Assembly (NCBI GenBank): GCA_964386265.1
Contig: CAYLRB010000001.1
Span: forward strand, 1 to 48,845
Direction: 5' to 3'
DNA from: an uncultured Candidatus Peribacteria bacterium
GTDB lineage: Bacteria; Patescibacteriota; Gracilibacteria; UBA1369; UM-FILTER-41-14
DNA length: 48,845 nucleotides
The translations under genes were made by a program, and so were the position numbers. Under the pieces are notes generated by a model. It saw only the letters and a list, made by a program, of their open reading frames with translations, had not been told where the DNA came from and ran no database searches. Of this stretch, positions 1-8,826 are shown piece by piece (within the stretch, counting starts at the first letter, position 1; every line of letters starts with the position of its first letter).

Positions 1-21
1 AGAAGGTATGTAATTGAATCG

Positions 22-45
22 AGCGACTTATGGTCGCTTTATTTA
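22..45 (+). terminator. Small hairpin (agcgac/gtcgct) followed by T-rich tract
   Basis: 6-bp perfect stem at 22-27/33-38 with a 5-nt loop, then ttatttag. Possibly the end of a gene upstream of the window. Confidence 0.3.
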
Positions 46-53
46 GTTAAAAT

Positions 54-90
54 AAAAGACCTCGTTTAGCGCAAGCGGCGGGGTCTTTTT
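54..90. terminator. Bidirectional rho-independent terminator-like hairpin
   Basis: Stem gacctcg (58-64) pairs with cggggtc (79-85), including one G-U pair. It is flanked by an A-run (54-57) and a T-run (86-90). Confidence 0.5.
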
Positions 91-271
91 CAATTAATTG
101 ATAAGTGTAATCATATCTTTTGCAATCTGAGAAAATACAAAGTACAAATTGGAAAAGTACCAAATAAAAATCCGCACGGATTTAGATAATGATTGATTGA
201 CGCATCGACGCCTTAGGAGTAGGCTTGGGGTGGATTCATCCATAATTTAAGATTTTTAAACGTCACATAAA

Positions 272-2053
272 ATGAACGCTCCAGCTCCAGCTGAACATGA
301 TCAGCTATACAAAGTACGACACTCATGCGCGCATGTGTTAGCTCAAGCAGTGTTAAATATGTTTCCAGAAGCTAAGTTAGCTATTGGACCACCAGTAGAT
401 AATGGCTTTTATTATGATTTCGATCTGCCACGCACGCTAATTCCTGAAGATCTAAGATTGATTGAGAAGCAGATGAAGAAAATTATTTCCCAAGGGCAAA
501 CTTTTGAAAAGTATGAGCTACCTATTGCCGAGGCGCGCAAATTTTTAACTGAAATAAAGCAAGACTATAAACTAGAGCTACTAGATGATTTAGCAGCACA
601 AGGTGAGACAGTAGTCGGATTCTACGAAAACAAAATTCCGCAAAACGGGCAAGGAACGTTTGTAGATATGTGTAAAGGGCCACATGTAGAGTCAACTAAA
701 GAGATCGGTGCCTTTAAATTGGCAAGTATTGCAGGTGCTTATTGGCGCGGAGACGAAAAACGCCCAATGTTGCAACGAATTTATGGTTACTGTTTTGCAA
801 CTCAAGCTGAACTTGATGAGTATTTGAAAAAATTGGCAGAAGCCGAAAAACGTGACCATCGTAAGCTAGGCAAGCAGTTAGAACTATTTACTTTTGACGA
901 AGAAGTAGGCGCAGGGTTACCATTATGGTTGCCGAAAGGGACTGTGATTGTCCAGCAACTTGAAGATTTGGCGAAGCGCAAAGAAACAGAGTACGGGTAT
1001 CAACAAGTAAGATCACCACATATTGCTAAAGATAAGTTATATATTCGCTCTGGCCATCTGCCTTACTATGCCGACAGCATGTTCCCGCCAATGGAACTGG
1101 ATAATGAAAAGTACTACTTAAAAGCGATGAACTGTCCTCATCACCATAAAATTTACAAAGCCACACCTAAGAGTTATCGAGATTTACCAATCCGTTTAGC
1201 TGAATATGGCCACTGTTACCGCTACGAAGATTCTGGTAGTCTGTTTGGCTTAATGCGCGTACGCTCACTTTGCATGAACGATGCCCATATTTACTGTACT
1301 GAAGAGCAGTTTGAGTCTGAGTTTATGAAGGTGATTGAGATGTATTTATACTACTTTAAACTATTTGGTATCGACCAATACCAAATGCGCTTATCTAAGC
1401 ATTCCAAAGAAGGTTTAGGCAAAAAGTACGTGGATAATGAACCGCTTTGGATTAAAACCGAAGATCAAGTTCGACGAGCATTGGTTAACTTAAACGTTCC
1501 ATTTGTGGAGGTTGAAAATGAGGCCGCATTTTATGGTCCAAAGATTGATGTGCAGATTTGGTCGGTAATTGGTCGCGAGTTTACCTTGGCGACTAATCAA
1601 TTGGACTTCTCTGTACCGGAGCGTTTCGAGCTTACTTATACTGATACAGATGGTTCTGAGAAAACTCCAATCTGTATTCATCGTGCACCACTGAGTACTC
1701 ATGAACGACTAGTCGGATTTTTAATAGAACATTATGCCGGTGCTTTTCCAGTTTGGTTGGCGCCTGTGCAAGCACAAATCTTACCAGTGAATGAAGTCCA
1801 TTTAGAGTATGCCAAAGCGCTAGAAGCTGAAATGCGCAGCTTAGGTTTGCGGCCGGAATTAGTCTTGCCAGAAGAATCACTAGGTAAAAGAATTCGCAAC
1901 GCCCAAATGATGAAAGTGCCATATATGCTAGTAATTGGAGACAAAGAAGTTGCCGACAAGCAAGTAACTGTTCGTAAGTATGGTGAAGAAGATCAGAATC
2001 CAATGGGTAGAGAAGAGTTTTTGGCTAAAATTAAAGAAGAAGCGACAATTTAA
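272..2053 (+). CDS. thrS: Threonyl-tRNA synthetase, short form without the N-terminal TGS domain
   Basis: The 593-aa ORF starts directly in the editing (second additional) domain motif RHSCAHVLAQAV. Class II core motifs are present (MNCPHH, FRVRSLCMNDAHIY, GPKID), followed by a C-terminal anticodon-binding domain (PVWLAPVQAQILPV). Confidence 0.95.
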   Translation: MNAPAPAEHDQLYKVRHSCAHVLAQAVLNMFPEAKLAIGPPVDNGFYYDFDLPRTLIPEDLRLIEKQMKKIISQGQTFEKYELPIAEARKFLTEIKQDYKLELLDDLAAQGETVVGFYENKIPQNGQGTFVDMCKGPHVESTKEIGAFKLASIAGAYWRGDEKRPMLQRIYGYCFATQAELDEYLKKLAEAEKRDHRKLGKQLELFTFDEEVGAGLPLWLPKGTVIVQQLEDLAKRKETEYGYQQVRSPHIAKDKLYIRSGHLPYYADSMFPPMELDNEKYYLKAMNCPHHHKIYKATPKSYRDLPIRLAEYGHCYRYEDSGSLFGLMRVRSLCMNDAHIYCTEEQFESEFMKVIEMYLYYFKLFGIDQYQMRLSKHSKEGLGKKYVDNEPLWIKTEDQVRRALVNLNVPFVEVENEAAFYGPKIDVQIWSVIGREFTLATNQLDFSVPERFELTYTDTDGSEKTPICIHRAPLSTHERLVGFLIEHYAGAFPVWLAPVQAQILPVNEVHLEYAKALEAEMRSLGLRPELVLPEESLGKRIRNAQMMKVPYMLVIGDKEVADKQVTVRKYGEEDQNPMGREEFLAKIKEEATI

Positions 2054-2077
2054 GGCTTAGTTGAATGGCGTCAGTTT

Positions 2078-2123
2078 CAAGGGCTAATCCAGTTATTTGT
2101 TGAAATAGCTGGATTAGCCCTTG
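2078..2123 (+). terminator. thrS downstream hairpin
   Basis: Perfect 15-bp inverted repeat caagggctaatccag (2078-2092) / ctggattagcccttg (2109-2123), 25 nt after the thrS stop. The T-tract is weak (gtgtgagatttctt). Confidence 0.5.
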
Positions 2124-2325
2124 GTGTGAGATTTCTTATCTCTTAGAAAATCCATTTTGGTGAAAATCTGTTGTCAATTATGCCAACATTAAGAGTTTAT
2201 AGGTAAGTTTGAAGGTGTTTATGGCTTTTGAGAGCAATGGACCTTTCTTTTTGCGTATCTATAAATTTTAACAATTTGTAATAGTACATGAGTATGCTAG
2301 AACTACAAGTTTAATTAAGCGATAT

Positions 2326-3078
2326 ATGGTTATTAAAATGTGTTGTCAGCTATTTAGTCCAATGCAAACAACAGCAGTTCAAGAAGTGTATCAATTGCTC
2401 AGTAGTCATTATCAATTGATTTCCGATACAGAAGCGATAAAAAACAAGGACTGTTTGTTGGTACTGTTTTTGCAGAGTTGTGACCTAATTGAGAGTATAA
2501 AAGAGGTTAGAGTTGTTAAAAAGAGGTTCAGGCATAACTTACTTGTGGTTTTTGGGCCCGGAACAACCGACGATTTTAAAACAGCGCTTAAAGACATAGG
2601 GGCAAAGTTATATTTGGAGTATTATCAAAGTGAGAATTCCTTGGTTGAGTCAATTAATCAGCTATACAAAAATATTAAGTTGCACAGTAAGCAAATAAAG
2701 TATCAAATTGCCGATTTGAGCGTTGATTTGTCTAGTAAGTGTGTAAGTCGTGGTGAGAAACTAATAAAGCTCAGAAAAAAGGAGTTTGACCTGCTAACTT
2801 ACTTATGTAGAAACGCGCACCGGCCAGTTTCAACGGTACAGCTTTTAGAAAGTGTTTGGGGATACAATCAGTTTGTTGTTACAAAAACAGTGCAGGCGCA
2901 TATTTCAAGCCTTAGGCGCAAGATTGACGACGGGCAAAAATTAACCCTTTTGCACACTTTTCCATGTCGTGGTTATATGCTTAGTGATCAAGTCCGCTCC
3001 TATAAACCAAGCAGTGGCACGCATGATCATCAGCGCGCATATCATAACCACTTGCTATTCGATAGATTTGTTAGGTAA
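2326..3078 (+). CDS. OmpR/PhoB-family winged-helix regulator with degenerate receiver-like N-terminus
   Basis: The C-terminal half matches the Trans_reg_C pattern (LSVDLSSKCVSRGEKLIKLRKKEFDLLTYLCRNAHRPVSTVQLLESVWGY...TVQAHISSLRRKIDD...TFPCRGYML). The N-terminal ~120 aa has REC-like beta/alpha periodicity but no acidic DD pocket or conserved Lys that I can see. Start is uncertain (ATG options at 2326, 2338, 2359). Confidence 0.7.
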   Translation: MVIKMCCQLFSPMQTTAVQEVYQLLSSHYQLISDTEAIKNKDCLLVLFLQSCDLIESIKEVRVVKKRFRHNLLVVFGPGTTDDFKTALKDIGAKLYLEYYQSENSLVESINQLYKNIKLHSKQIKYQIADLSVDLSSKCVSRGEKLIKLRKKEFDLLTYLCRNAHRPVSTVQLLESVWGYNQFVVTKTVQAHISSLRRKIDDGQKLTLLHTFPCRGYMLSDQVRSYKPSSGTHDHQRAYHNHLLFDRFVR

Positions 3079-3101
3079 ATTACTAGTAAATTTGTAGAGT
3101 T

Positions 3102-4250
3102 TTGAAAATGTCGACGCAAAACCATTTATTTATTGATGCAAGAGAGGCTTTTTGCAAACAACCAACGGGGAAGGGAGTTTTTAATCGTTCATTGGTAGCT
3201 ACCTTGCTTGAGCTAAAGCTAAAAAGGAAAGTTACCCTTTTGTTGGACAATCAGTCTATTCTGGATATCGCATTGCCGAAAAATTGGCAAATTAAGAAGT
3301 TTGATGGGTTAGGATTGGGATGGCAGTTAAAAGCGTCTAAGTGGCTTAATAAGCAAGCAAAAGGGCATTTGATTTCACCAACTAGCTATCTGCTGCCTTT
3401 GCTTACAAAAATGAAATCAACCGTTGTCGTGCATGACTTAATCAGTTTTCTTTATTCAAAAAATCATCATTGGAAAGCTAAATTAATCGAAAAGTATTGT
3501 TTACCGCGTTTGGCTAAGCGGACTAATGTTGGTTTCGTTTGTGTGTCTCAATCTACAGCAGACGACCTATTAAGGTGTTTGCCTAATTTAAAAGTCGAGC
3601 GGGTTAAAATAGCAAAACCGGGGTTGCCAATCGTTTTTGCTAAAGCATGTTTAAAACAAAGTTTGAAAGCAAAAAGCTTAAATTTGCAAGAGCGCGGAGG
3701 GATAAGTGAAGCGCCTTTTGTTTTGGCTGTTGCAACTTTAATTCCTCGCAAAAATATTAAACGGCTTATTTTGGCGTTTGATAAGCTCTTACAAGAAAAC
3801 AAAAATTTACAAAAACATCGCTTAATAGTAATTGGAGGATCAGGCTGGGGGCAAAGAGAGCTTGAGCGTGTATTAAAAAGTTTAAATTTTAAATCACAAA
3901 TTGATCTAAGAGGGTACGCAACTACAGCAGAATTGGTTGGCTTGTATAAGCAAGCTGAACTGTTTGTGTTCCCGTCTCTTTATGAGGGCTTCGGTTTGCC
4001 TTTATTAGAAGCTATGCTAACACGGTGTCCAATTTTATGTTCGGATATTTCTGTGTTTCACGAAGTTGCGGGAACTGCAGCTAGTTATTTCGATCCATAC
4101 AATGAAGAAGATCTAAAAAATAAGTTGAAATTTTTATTAACAAATCACGAACTTCAACAAATCTTAGTTGGTAACGGTGCTAAACAGCTCAAAAATTTTG
4201 ATTGGCAAAAAACAGCTCAAGTGTTTGTTGATAGTAGTTTAAGCAAATAA
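3102..4250 (+). CDS. Glycosyltransferase family 1 (GT4-type, GT-B fold)
   Basis: C-terminal Glycos_transf_1 signature FVFPSLYEGFGLPLLEAM. The track start is TTG at 3102; the ATG at 3108 is more likely. Confidence 0.85.
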   Translation: MKMSTQNHLFIDAREAFCKQPTGKGVFNRSLVATLLELKLKRKVTLLLDNQSILDIALPKNWQIKKFDGLGLGWQLKASKWLNKQAKGHLISPTSYLLPLLTKMKSTVVVHDLISFLYSKNHHWKAKLIEKYCLPRLAKRTNVGFVCVSQSTADDLLRCLPNLKVERVKIAKPGLPIVFAKACLKQSLKAKSLNLQERGGISEAPFVLAVATLIPRKNIKRLILAFDKLLQENKNLQKHRLIVIGGSGWGQRELERVLKSLNFKSQIDLRGYATTAELVGLYKQAELFVFPSLYEGFGLPLLEAMLTRCPILCSDISVFHEVAGTAASYFDPYNEEDLKNKLKFLLTNHELQQILVGNGAKQLKNFDWQKTAQVFVDSSLSK

Positions 4251-4261
4251 ACGCTCGTGTA

Positions 4262-5368
4262 TTACCTAATTAATTTGTCGTATTCATTGTACATATTTTT
4301 TTGATCAAAACAGCGAGCAGCTTCACTTATCAATGCTTGTCTACGCATTTGCGAGTTTTGAGATTGCAGTATTTTTGTGATAGCTCTAGTTAAACCAGTG
4401 GAATCGTTAGGTTTTACAATATGTATTTCTGAGCTGTAATCAGTACAGCCACAAATTTTAGTTGCAATGGTTTCGCAACCAGCCGCCATGCCTTCTGCAA
4501 TTACAAGTCCAAATGGGTCGGGTTCAATAGAAGGAAGCACCAAAACTCTGCTTAGGTTTAGAGCTTTAATAACCGCAGCGCGGTCTAACTGCTTTTCAAA
4601 CTTTACATTGTCAGTAATATTTAGGTTTTTTGCTAATTTTTCTAAGTTCGCTAGCTCTTTTCCAGTACCAATAATTCTGGCTTGCCAGTTTTTTTTGTTA
4701 TCTAATTTGCTTAAAGCTTGCAATAAGACGTGAGCACCTTTGTCTGTTGTTAGTCTACCGATGTAGGTTATGGTTGCTTGTTTTGTGTCTTGGTCTACAA
4801 TTTCTGGCTCTTGTCGTTGCATTTCACTTAGATCAATGCCGTTTGGAATTGCTTTTGCTTTTAAATTGCTGTCTTGTTTTTGTAATGCTAAGCGCATCTG
4901 TTCGGAAACTGTGATGAGGTCAACAGATTTGCTCAGTTTGTAGTAGCGTTTACGCCATGGATTTTTATATAGCCAATTACCTATTCTAGCGTGCTCAATC
5001 CAAATAATTTTGATGTTTGCTTTAGTAAGCAGGTCGGTTAAAAGTAGTTTTTCACTTAGGCTAAGGCAATAAACAAGATCTATGTTTTTATTTTTTAAAT
5101 CTTGTACCATTTTAAGCGCTTTTTTTCTGTAAAATGGGTAAAGTAAGGAAAATTTTAGTAGTTCAAATTTGCTTACAGGTGGTTTGCACAGAGTGGTTGG
5201 TCTTACAAAGAAATTTGCTTCTTGAAAAATGTTATTTAAAACAGGACAAGAGCCGTATAAAACAATTTCATGTCCTTGCGAGCGCCAATGTTTCGCGAGG
5301 TTCAATGTGTGGAGCTCTTCGCCACCTAGTTGAGAGCTAAATGGAAACCTTAAAAACGCAATTTTCAT
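4262..5368 (-). CDS. Glycosyltransferase family 1
   Basis: N-terminal FSSQLGGEELH and C-terminal VLPSIEPDPFGLVIAEGMAAG motifs are typical of GT-B/GT4 enzymes. The gene is convergent with the previous GT. Confidence 0.85.
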   Translation of the reverse strand: MKIAFLRFPFSSQLGGEELHTLNLAKHWRSQGHEIVLYGSCPVLNNIFQEANFFVRPTTLCKPPVSKFELLKFSLLYPFYRKKALKMVQDLKNKNIDLVYCLSLSEKLLLTDLLTKANIKIIWIEHARIGNWLYKNPWRKRYYKLSKSVDLITVSEQMRLALQKQDSNLKAKAIPNGIDLSEMQRQEPEIVDQDTKQATITYIGRLTTDKGAHVLLQALSKLDNKKNWQARIIGTGKELANLEKLAKNLNITDNVKFEKQLDRAAVIKALNLSRVLVLPSIEPDPFGLVIAEGMAAGCETIATKICGCTDYSSEIHIVKPNDSTGLTRAITKILQSQNSQMRRQALISEAARCFDQKNMYNEYDKLIR

Positions 5369-6573
5369 ATTCGTTCTTTTAGGTATTCAATTGCACGGTT
5401 TTTTTGAGCGTCAATCTCTTGCTCGATCTCTTCGATTGTAATTTCAATTTCTTCATCTGGCGTGATACCTTCTTTGTTTATGTCTACGCCATCAGGTGTT
5501 AGCCAAGTAGCAACAGTTACTCTCATGCTAGAGCCGTCACTATACTCTACGATACTTTGTACACTGCCTTTGCCGAATGTGCGTGTACCTATTAAGTGCG
5601 CAGCATCATGATCTTTAAGTGCTCCTGCAACAATTTCTGACGCTGACGCGCTTCCTTCGTTAACTAAAACAACCATCGGTAGCTTGCTTAGTCGAGCTAA
5701 GCCATTCGTATAATAAGCTTTTTCTAAATCTTTTGAGCGACCTTTGGTTAATACGGCAGCTTTACCAGGTGGCAGTAGCTCATCAAGCATATCGATCGCT
5801 GTTTCCAAATACCCACCGCCGTTATAACGAAGGTCTAGAATCAGGCCTTTGCTGTTTGCTAGTAGTGCTTCTCGAATTGCAGCGGTAAATTCTGTAGTAG
5901 TGTTATCGCTGAAACTGTTAACACCAATGTAAAAAATGTTGTCATTAAGTTTTTCAGTCGTAACGCTCTCGAGTTCAATTAACTCTCTAGTAATTGTAAC
6001 TTCTACAGGCGCAGGTTGGCCTTCTCTAGCAAGTGTTAAATCCACTGTTGTGCCAGCTTCTCCTCGTATTTCTTCGATGGCATCAATAAGTGTGAAGTTT
6101 GTGGCAATCTCACCGTTTATTTTGTAGATAATGTCACCAGACCGCACGCCAGCTTTTTCAGCAGGGGAATCTTTTAGCGGTGCAACTACCGTAATTACAC
6201 CGTCTTCGCGCTGATCAAGTTGCGCACCAATGCCAGATAGTTCGTGTTTAAGTCCAATTTGAAACTCTTTTGTTTCTTCTGGGTCCATAAACACAGTAAA
6301 CGGGTCGCCAAGAGATTCTACTAAGCCTTTAACCGCTCCGTAGACTCTGGCTTGCTCATCAACTTGTTGGCCATAAACAAAGTTGTTATTTAAATCTTGC
6401 CAAACTTGCCAAAAAAGCCCTAGGGAAACATTCCCAGGTGCTTCACCTGCGTCCATACCCTGAACGCTGTTACCATTGTTGAACCAGTTATTAAAGTTAG
6501 TCCCTAGTCCAAACCCAAATGTAAAAATTACTAAAAACCAAACAACTAGCTGTTTATTTTTGTTTTGTTTCAT
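5365..6573 (-). CDS. Carboxy-terminal processing peptidase, family S41, with PDZ domain
   Basis: N-terminal membrane anchor, PDZ motif SPAEKAGVRSGDIIYKING, and S41 catalytic region VVLVNEGSASASEIVAGALKD...GTRTFGKGSVQ. Its TGA stop overlaps the downstream GT start (ATGA). Confidence 0.9.
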   Translation of the reverse strand: MKQNKNKQLVVWFLVIFTFGFGLGTNFNNWFNNGNSVQGMDAGEAPGNVSLGLFWQVWQDLNNNFVYGQQVDEQARVYGAVKGLVESLGDPFTVFMDPEETKEFQIGLKHELSGIGAQLDQREDGVITVVAPLKDSPAEKAGVRSGDIIYKINGEIATNFTLIDAIEEIRGEAGTTVDLTLAREGQPAPVEVTITRELIELESVTTEKLNDNIFYIGVNSFSDNTTTEFTAAIREALLANSKGLILDLRYNGGGYLETAIDMLDELLPPGKAAVLTKGRSKDLEKAYYTNGLARLSKLPMVVLVNEGSASASEIVAGALKDHDAAHLIGTRTFGKGSVQSIVEYSDGSSMRVTVATWLTPDGVDINKEGITPDEEIEITIEEIEQEIDAQKNRAIEYLKERI

Positions 6574-6594
6574 TCTTTATTTCAATTAAATTCT

Positions 6595-7410
6595 TTATGA
6601 TTCGTGCCAAAAGATAGGAGTGATGTCCCGACATTTATGCCCCTCAATTTTAAGGACAACTGCACAAAATTGCAAACCTGCATCCATTGGAAAGTTTTTT
6701 GGTTGAGAAACCTGTTTAATAATTTTATCTAGCACGCCAGAAACCTCATGGCCAATTACTGAACGTCTTGCACCAGTCATCCCTGCGTCAGTTAAATATC
6801 CAATTCCCGTTGGTCCAATTTGAGCATCGCCTGTTTGTACGTGTGTGTGCGTACCTACTATGCCAATAATACTTGGAAACTTTTCTGCAAAGTAAAACAT
6901 TGCTTCTTTCTCGCTCGTGGCTTCCGCATGAAAATCGATAAATACTCCTTCAAAGTTAGGTTGTTTTAACAAGTTTGGTAGTAGTTCTGTTAGTAGATTT
7001 TCTAGTTTTCGAAATGGACAGTCTATGTGCTGTGACATAAAAATACGGCCTTGTAGATTTACCACAAGTATTTGGCTGTTGCCATTGTTGCTTGTTAACA
7101 GATGAGTGCCAACACCTGGTAAATCGGGATGAAAATTGGCAGGACGGATAGCTAATGGTGGATCACTAATCAGTAAAGGTAGGTGCTTTTGGTTGGAGAA
7201 CGTATGATTACCTCCCGTTACAAGCTGTACGCCCATTTTTTGCCATTCCCTAAAATGTTCAGCAAATACAGCATCGCCATGTGAAGCATTTTCCCCGTTT
7301 ACGATAATGTAATCTGGCTTAAATTCAGCAATAGCTTTGGGTAAAAATTTTTGCAGAGCAAGTCTGCCTGGTCTTCCACAGACATCTCCCACGAACAAGA
7401 TAGTTGACAT
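6595..7410 (-). CDS. ymdB: YmdB-family metallophosphoesterase (2',3'-cyclic-nucleotide phosphodiesterase type)
   Basis: ILFVGDVCGRPGR, NGENASHG, GGNHTF, DFHAEATSEK and GTHTHVQT follow the calcineurin-like/YmdB motif order. Confidence 0.85.
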   Translation of the reverse strand: MSTILFVGDVCGRPGRLALQKFLPKAIAEFKPDYIIVNGENASHGDAVFAEHFREWQKMGVQLVTGGNHTFSNQKHLPLLISDPPLAIRPANFHPDLPGVGTHLLTSNNGNSQILVVNLQGRIFMSQHIDCPFRKLENLLTELLPNLLKQPNFEGVFIDFHAEATSEKEAMFYFAEKFPSIIGIVGTHTHVQTGDAQIGPTGIGYLTDAGMTGARRSVIGHEVSGVLDKIIKQVSQPKNFPMDAGLQFCAVVLKIEGHKCRDITPIFWHES

Positions 7411-7491
7411 GAAAACAAAGTTAATTCATGACAATTTTACGCTGATTCGCAGGTTATGGAAAGGTGCTTTTTGACGTTTGATTTGTCAGAT

Positions 7492-8826
7492 TTATACTCC
7501 GGCTGCTCCAATAAGTTGTGACATCGGTAGCATAATTGCCAACACAACAATACCAACAATTAAGCCGACAACTGCAATAATAAATGGTTGCAGTAGTTTG
7601 GTTAAGTTGTCCGCCAAGTAGCCAACTTTTTCACCATAGTAATAGGCAAGTTTGGCTGTGATACTATCAAGTTGTGCGGTTCTTTCACCTACGCTTACCA
7701 TGCTAATTAGCATCTCGCTAAAGTAGGGACTATTACGTAAACTATCGGCAATTTGGATACCATTCGCAACGTCTTTAGCTAGTAGGTGGACGTTTCGCCG
7801 ATAAACTAAATTTCCCAAACTGTTTGCTGTAATTTGTAAGGCTTGAACAATTTGGACACCACTTGATACTAAATTAGATAAACTATTTGAAAAGTTAGCT
7901 TGAGCAATATCTCTTTGGAAATCTTTGATAACAGGGATTTTGAGGGACAGATAATGATAAATATAACGACCTTTTGGTATTCTATAAGCGATAATGTTAA
8001 GTCCAATAATTATAACAAATCCTAGAACCAGCAAAGTTGTATTCTCAACTACAAATTGACTCGTATTAACCACAAATATTGTAAGAGCTGGTAGTTCCAT
8101 GCCAGACTCTAAAAATAGTCCACTAATTTGAGGTACCACAAATTTTAACAGTGTGAACAATGTAACGATCACAAACAAAATTACAATCGCTGGATAAATC
8201 ATGGCGCTAACTAGTTTACGACGTATTGCAGCTTGTTTTTCAACGTCGCTAGCTAAGCGTTTAAGCGCTTCAGTTAAACGTCCTGTTACTTCGGCGGCGC
8301 TAATTATTCCAATTTCTGATTCGCTAAAAATATTATCAAAATCGCCTAATGCCTGAGAGAATGATTGACCTTTTTCAAGTTGCCAACTAATAGACTGGCA
8401 GATTTTCTGCATGTGCTTGTCAGTTGTCTGATTCTTATAAATTGTTAGGGCTTGCGTAAGGGATATACCCGCTTCTAACATTACGCTTATTAGTTCATAG
8501 AAATTCTCTTTTTCCTTAATATTGATGCCTTTTCTAATTTTAAAGAAGCCATGCAAATTTTTATAGGCCTTAAACTTTTCTAGTTGGCCTTTATTTAAAG
8601 TTTCAGTAGGTTTTGCTGATTGAAGTTTTACTAAATCAACATTGTCGATATCCAAATGCACAACATCATCTTGAGCTGAAGTATTTACATTGTTTGCGAC
8701 CTGATTATCTATCGTGCCGACTTGTAAGCGAGCTCGAGCAACAGCATTTGCATCTGGCTTTTGATCCAGACTAAATGTAGTTTGTTCGTTGATTTCATTT
8801 AGGCCAAAGCCGTTAGCTGATTTCAT
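7492..8826 (-). CDS. pilC: Type IV pilus assembly platform protein PilC/GspF family
   Basis: Two GspF-type repeats (LISVMLEAGISLTQALTI and LSNLVSSGVQIVQALQI) and three hydrophobic TM segments. The start overlaps the pilB stop by 4 nt. An N-terminal extension of ~100 aa is present. Confidence 0.85.
   Translation of the reverse strand: MKSANGFGLNEINEQTTFSLDQKPDANAVARARLQVGTIDNQVANNVNTSAQDDVVHLDIDNVDLVKLQSAKPTETLNKGQLEKFKAYKNLHGFFKIRKGINIKEKENFYELISVMLEAGISLTQALTIYKNQTTDKHMQKICQSISWQLEKGQSFSQALGDFDNIFSESEIGIISAAEVTGRLTEALKRLASDVEKQAAIRRKLVSAMIYPAIVILFVIVTLFTLLKFVVPQISGLFLESGMELPALTIFVVNTSQFVVENTTLLVLGFVIIIGLNIIAYRIPKGRYIYHYLSLKIPVIKDFQRDIAQANFSNSLSNLVSSGVQIVQALQITANSLGNLVYRRNVHLLAKDVANGIQIADSLRNSPYFSEMLISMVSVGERTAQLDSITAKLAYYYGEKVGYLADNLTKLLQPFIIAVVGLIVGIVVLAIMLPMSQLIGAAGV

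Noticed and set aside
100-271. Considered a T-box leader upstream of thrS, because of the gggtgg-containing stretch at ~227-236.
   Set aside because: The conserved T-box sequence (GGTGGTACCGCG-like) is not present. I could not identify a Stem I with an ACC/ACU specifier or a terminator/antiterminator pair before the ATG.
1490-2003. Three minus-strand ORFs (70, 123 and 75 aa) inside thrS.
   Set aside because: They are antisense to a confidently identified, motif-rich gene. They have no motifs and are typical shadow ORFs.
8823-8826. Considered an alternative genetic code (TGA recoded, as in some candidate phyla).
   Set aside because: TGA sits exactly at the ATGA stop/start overlaps of pilB/pilC and S41/GT (5365-5368). 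All long ORFs are intact under code 11, and their protein ends look natural. The standard code fits.
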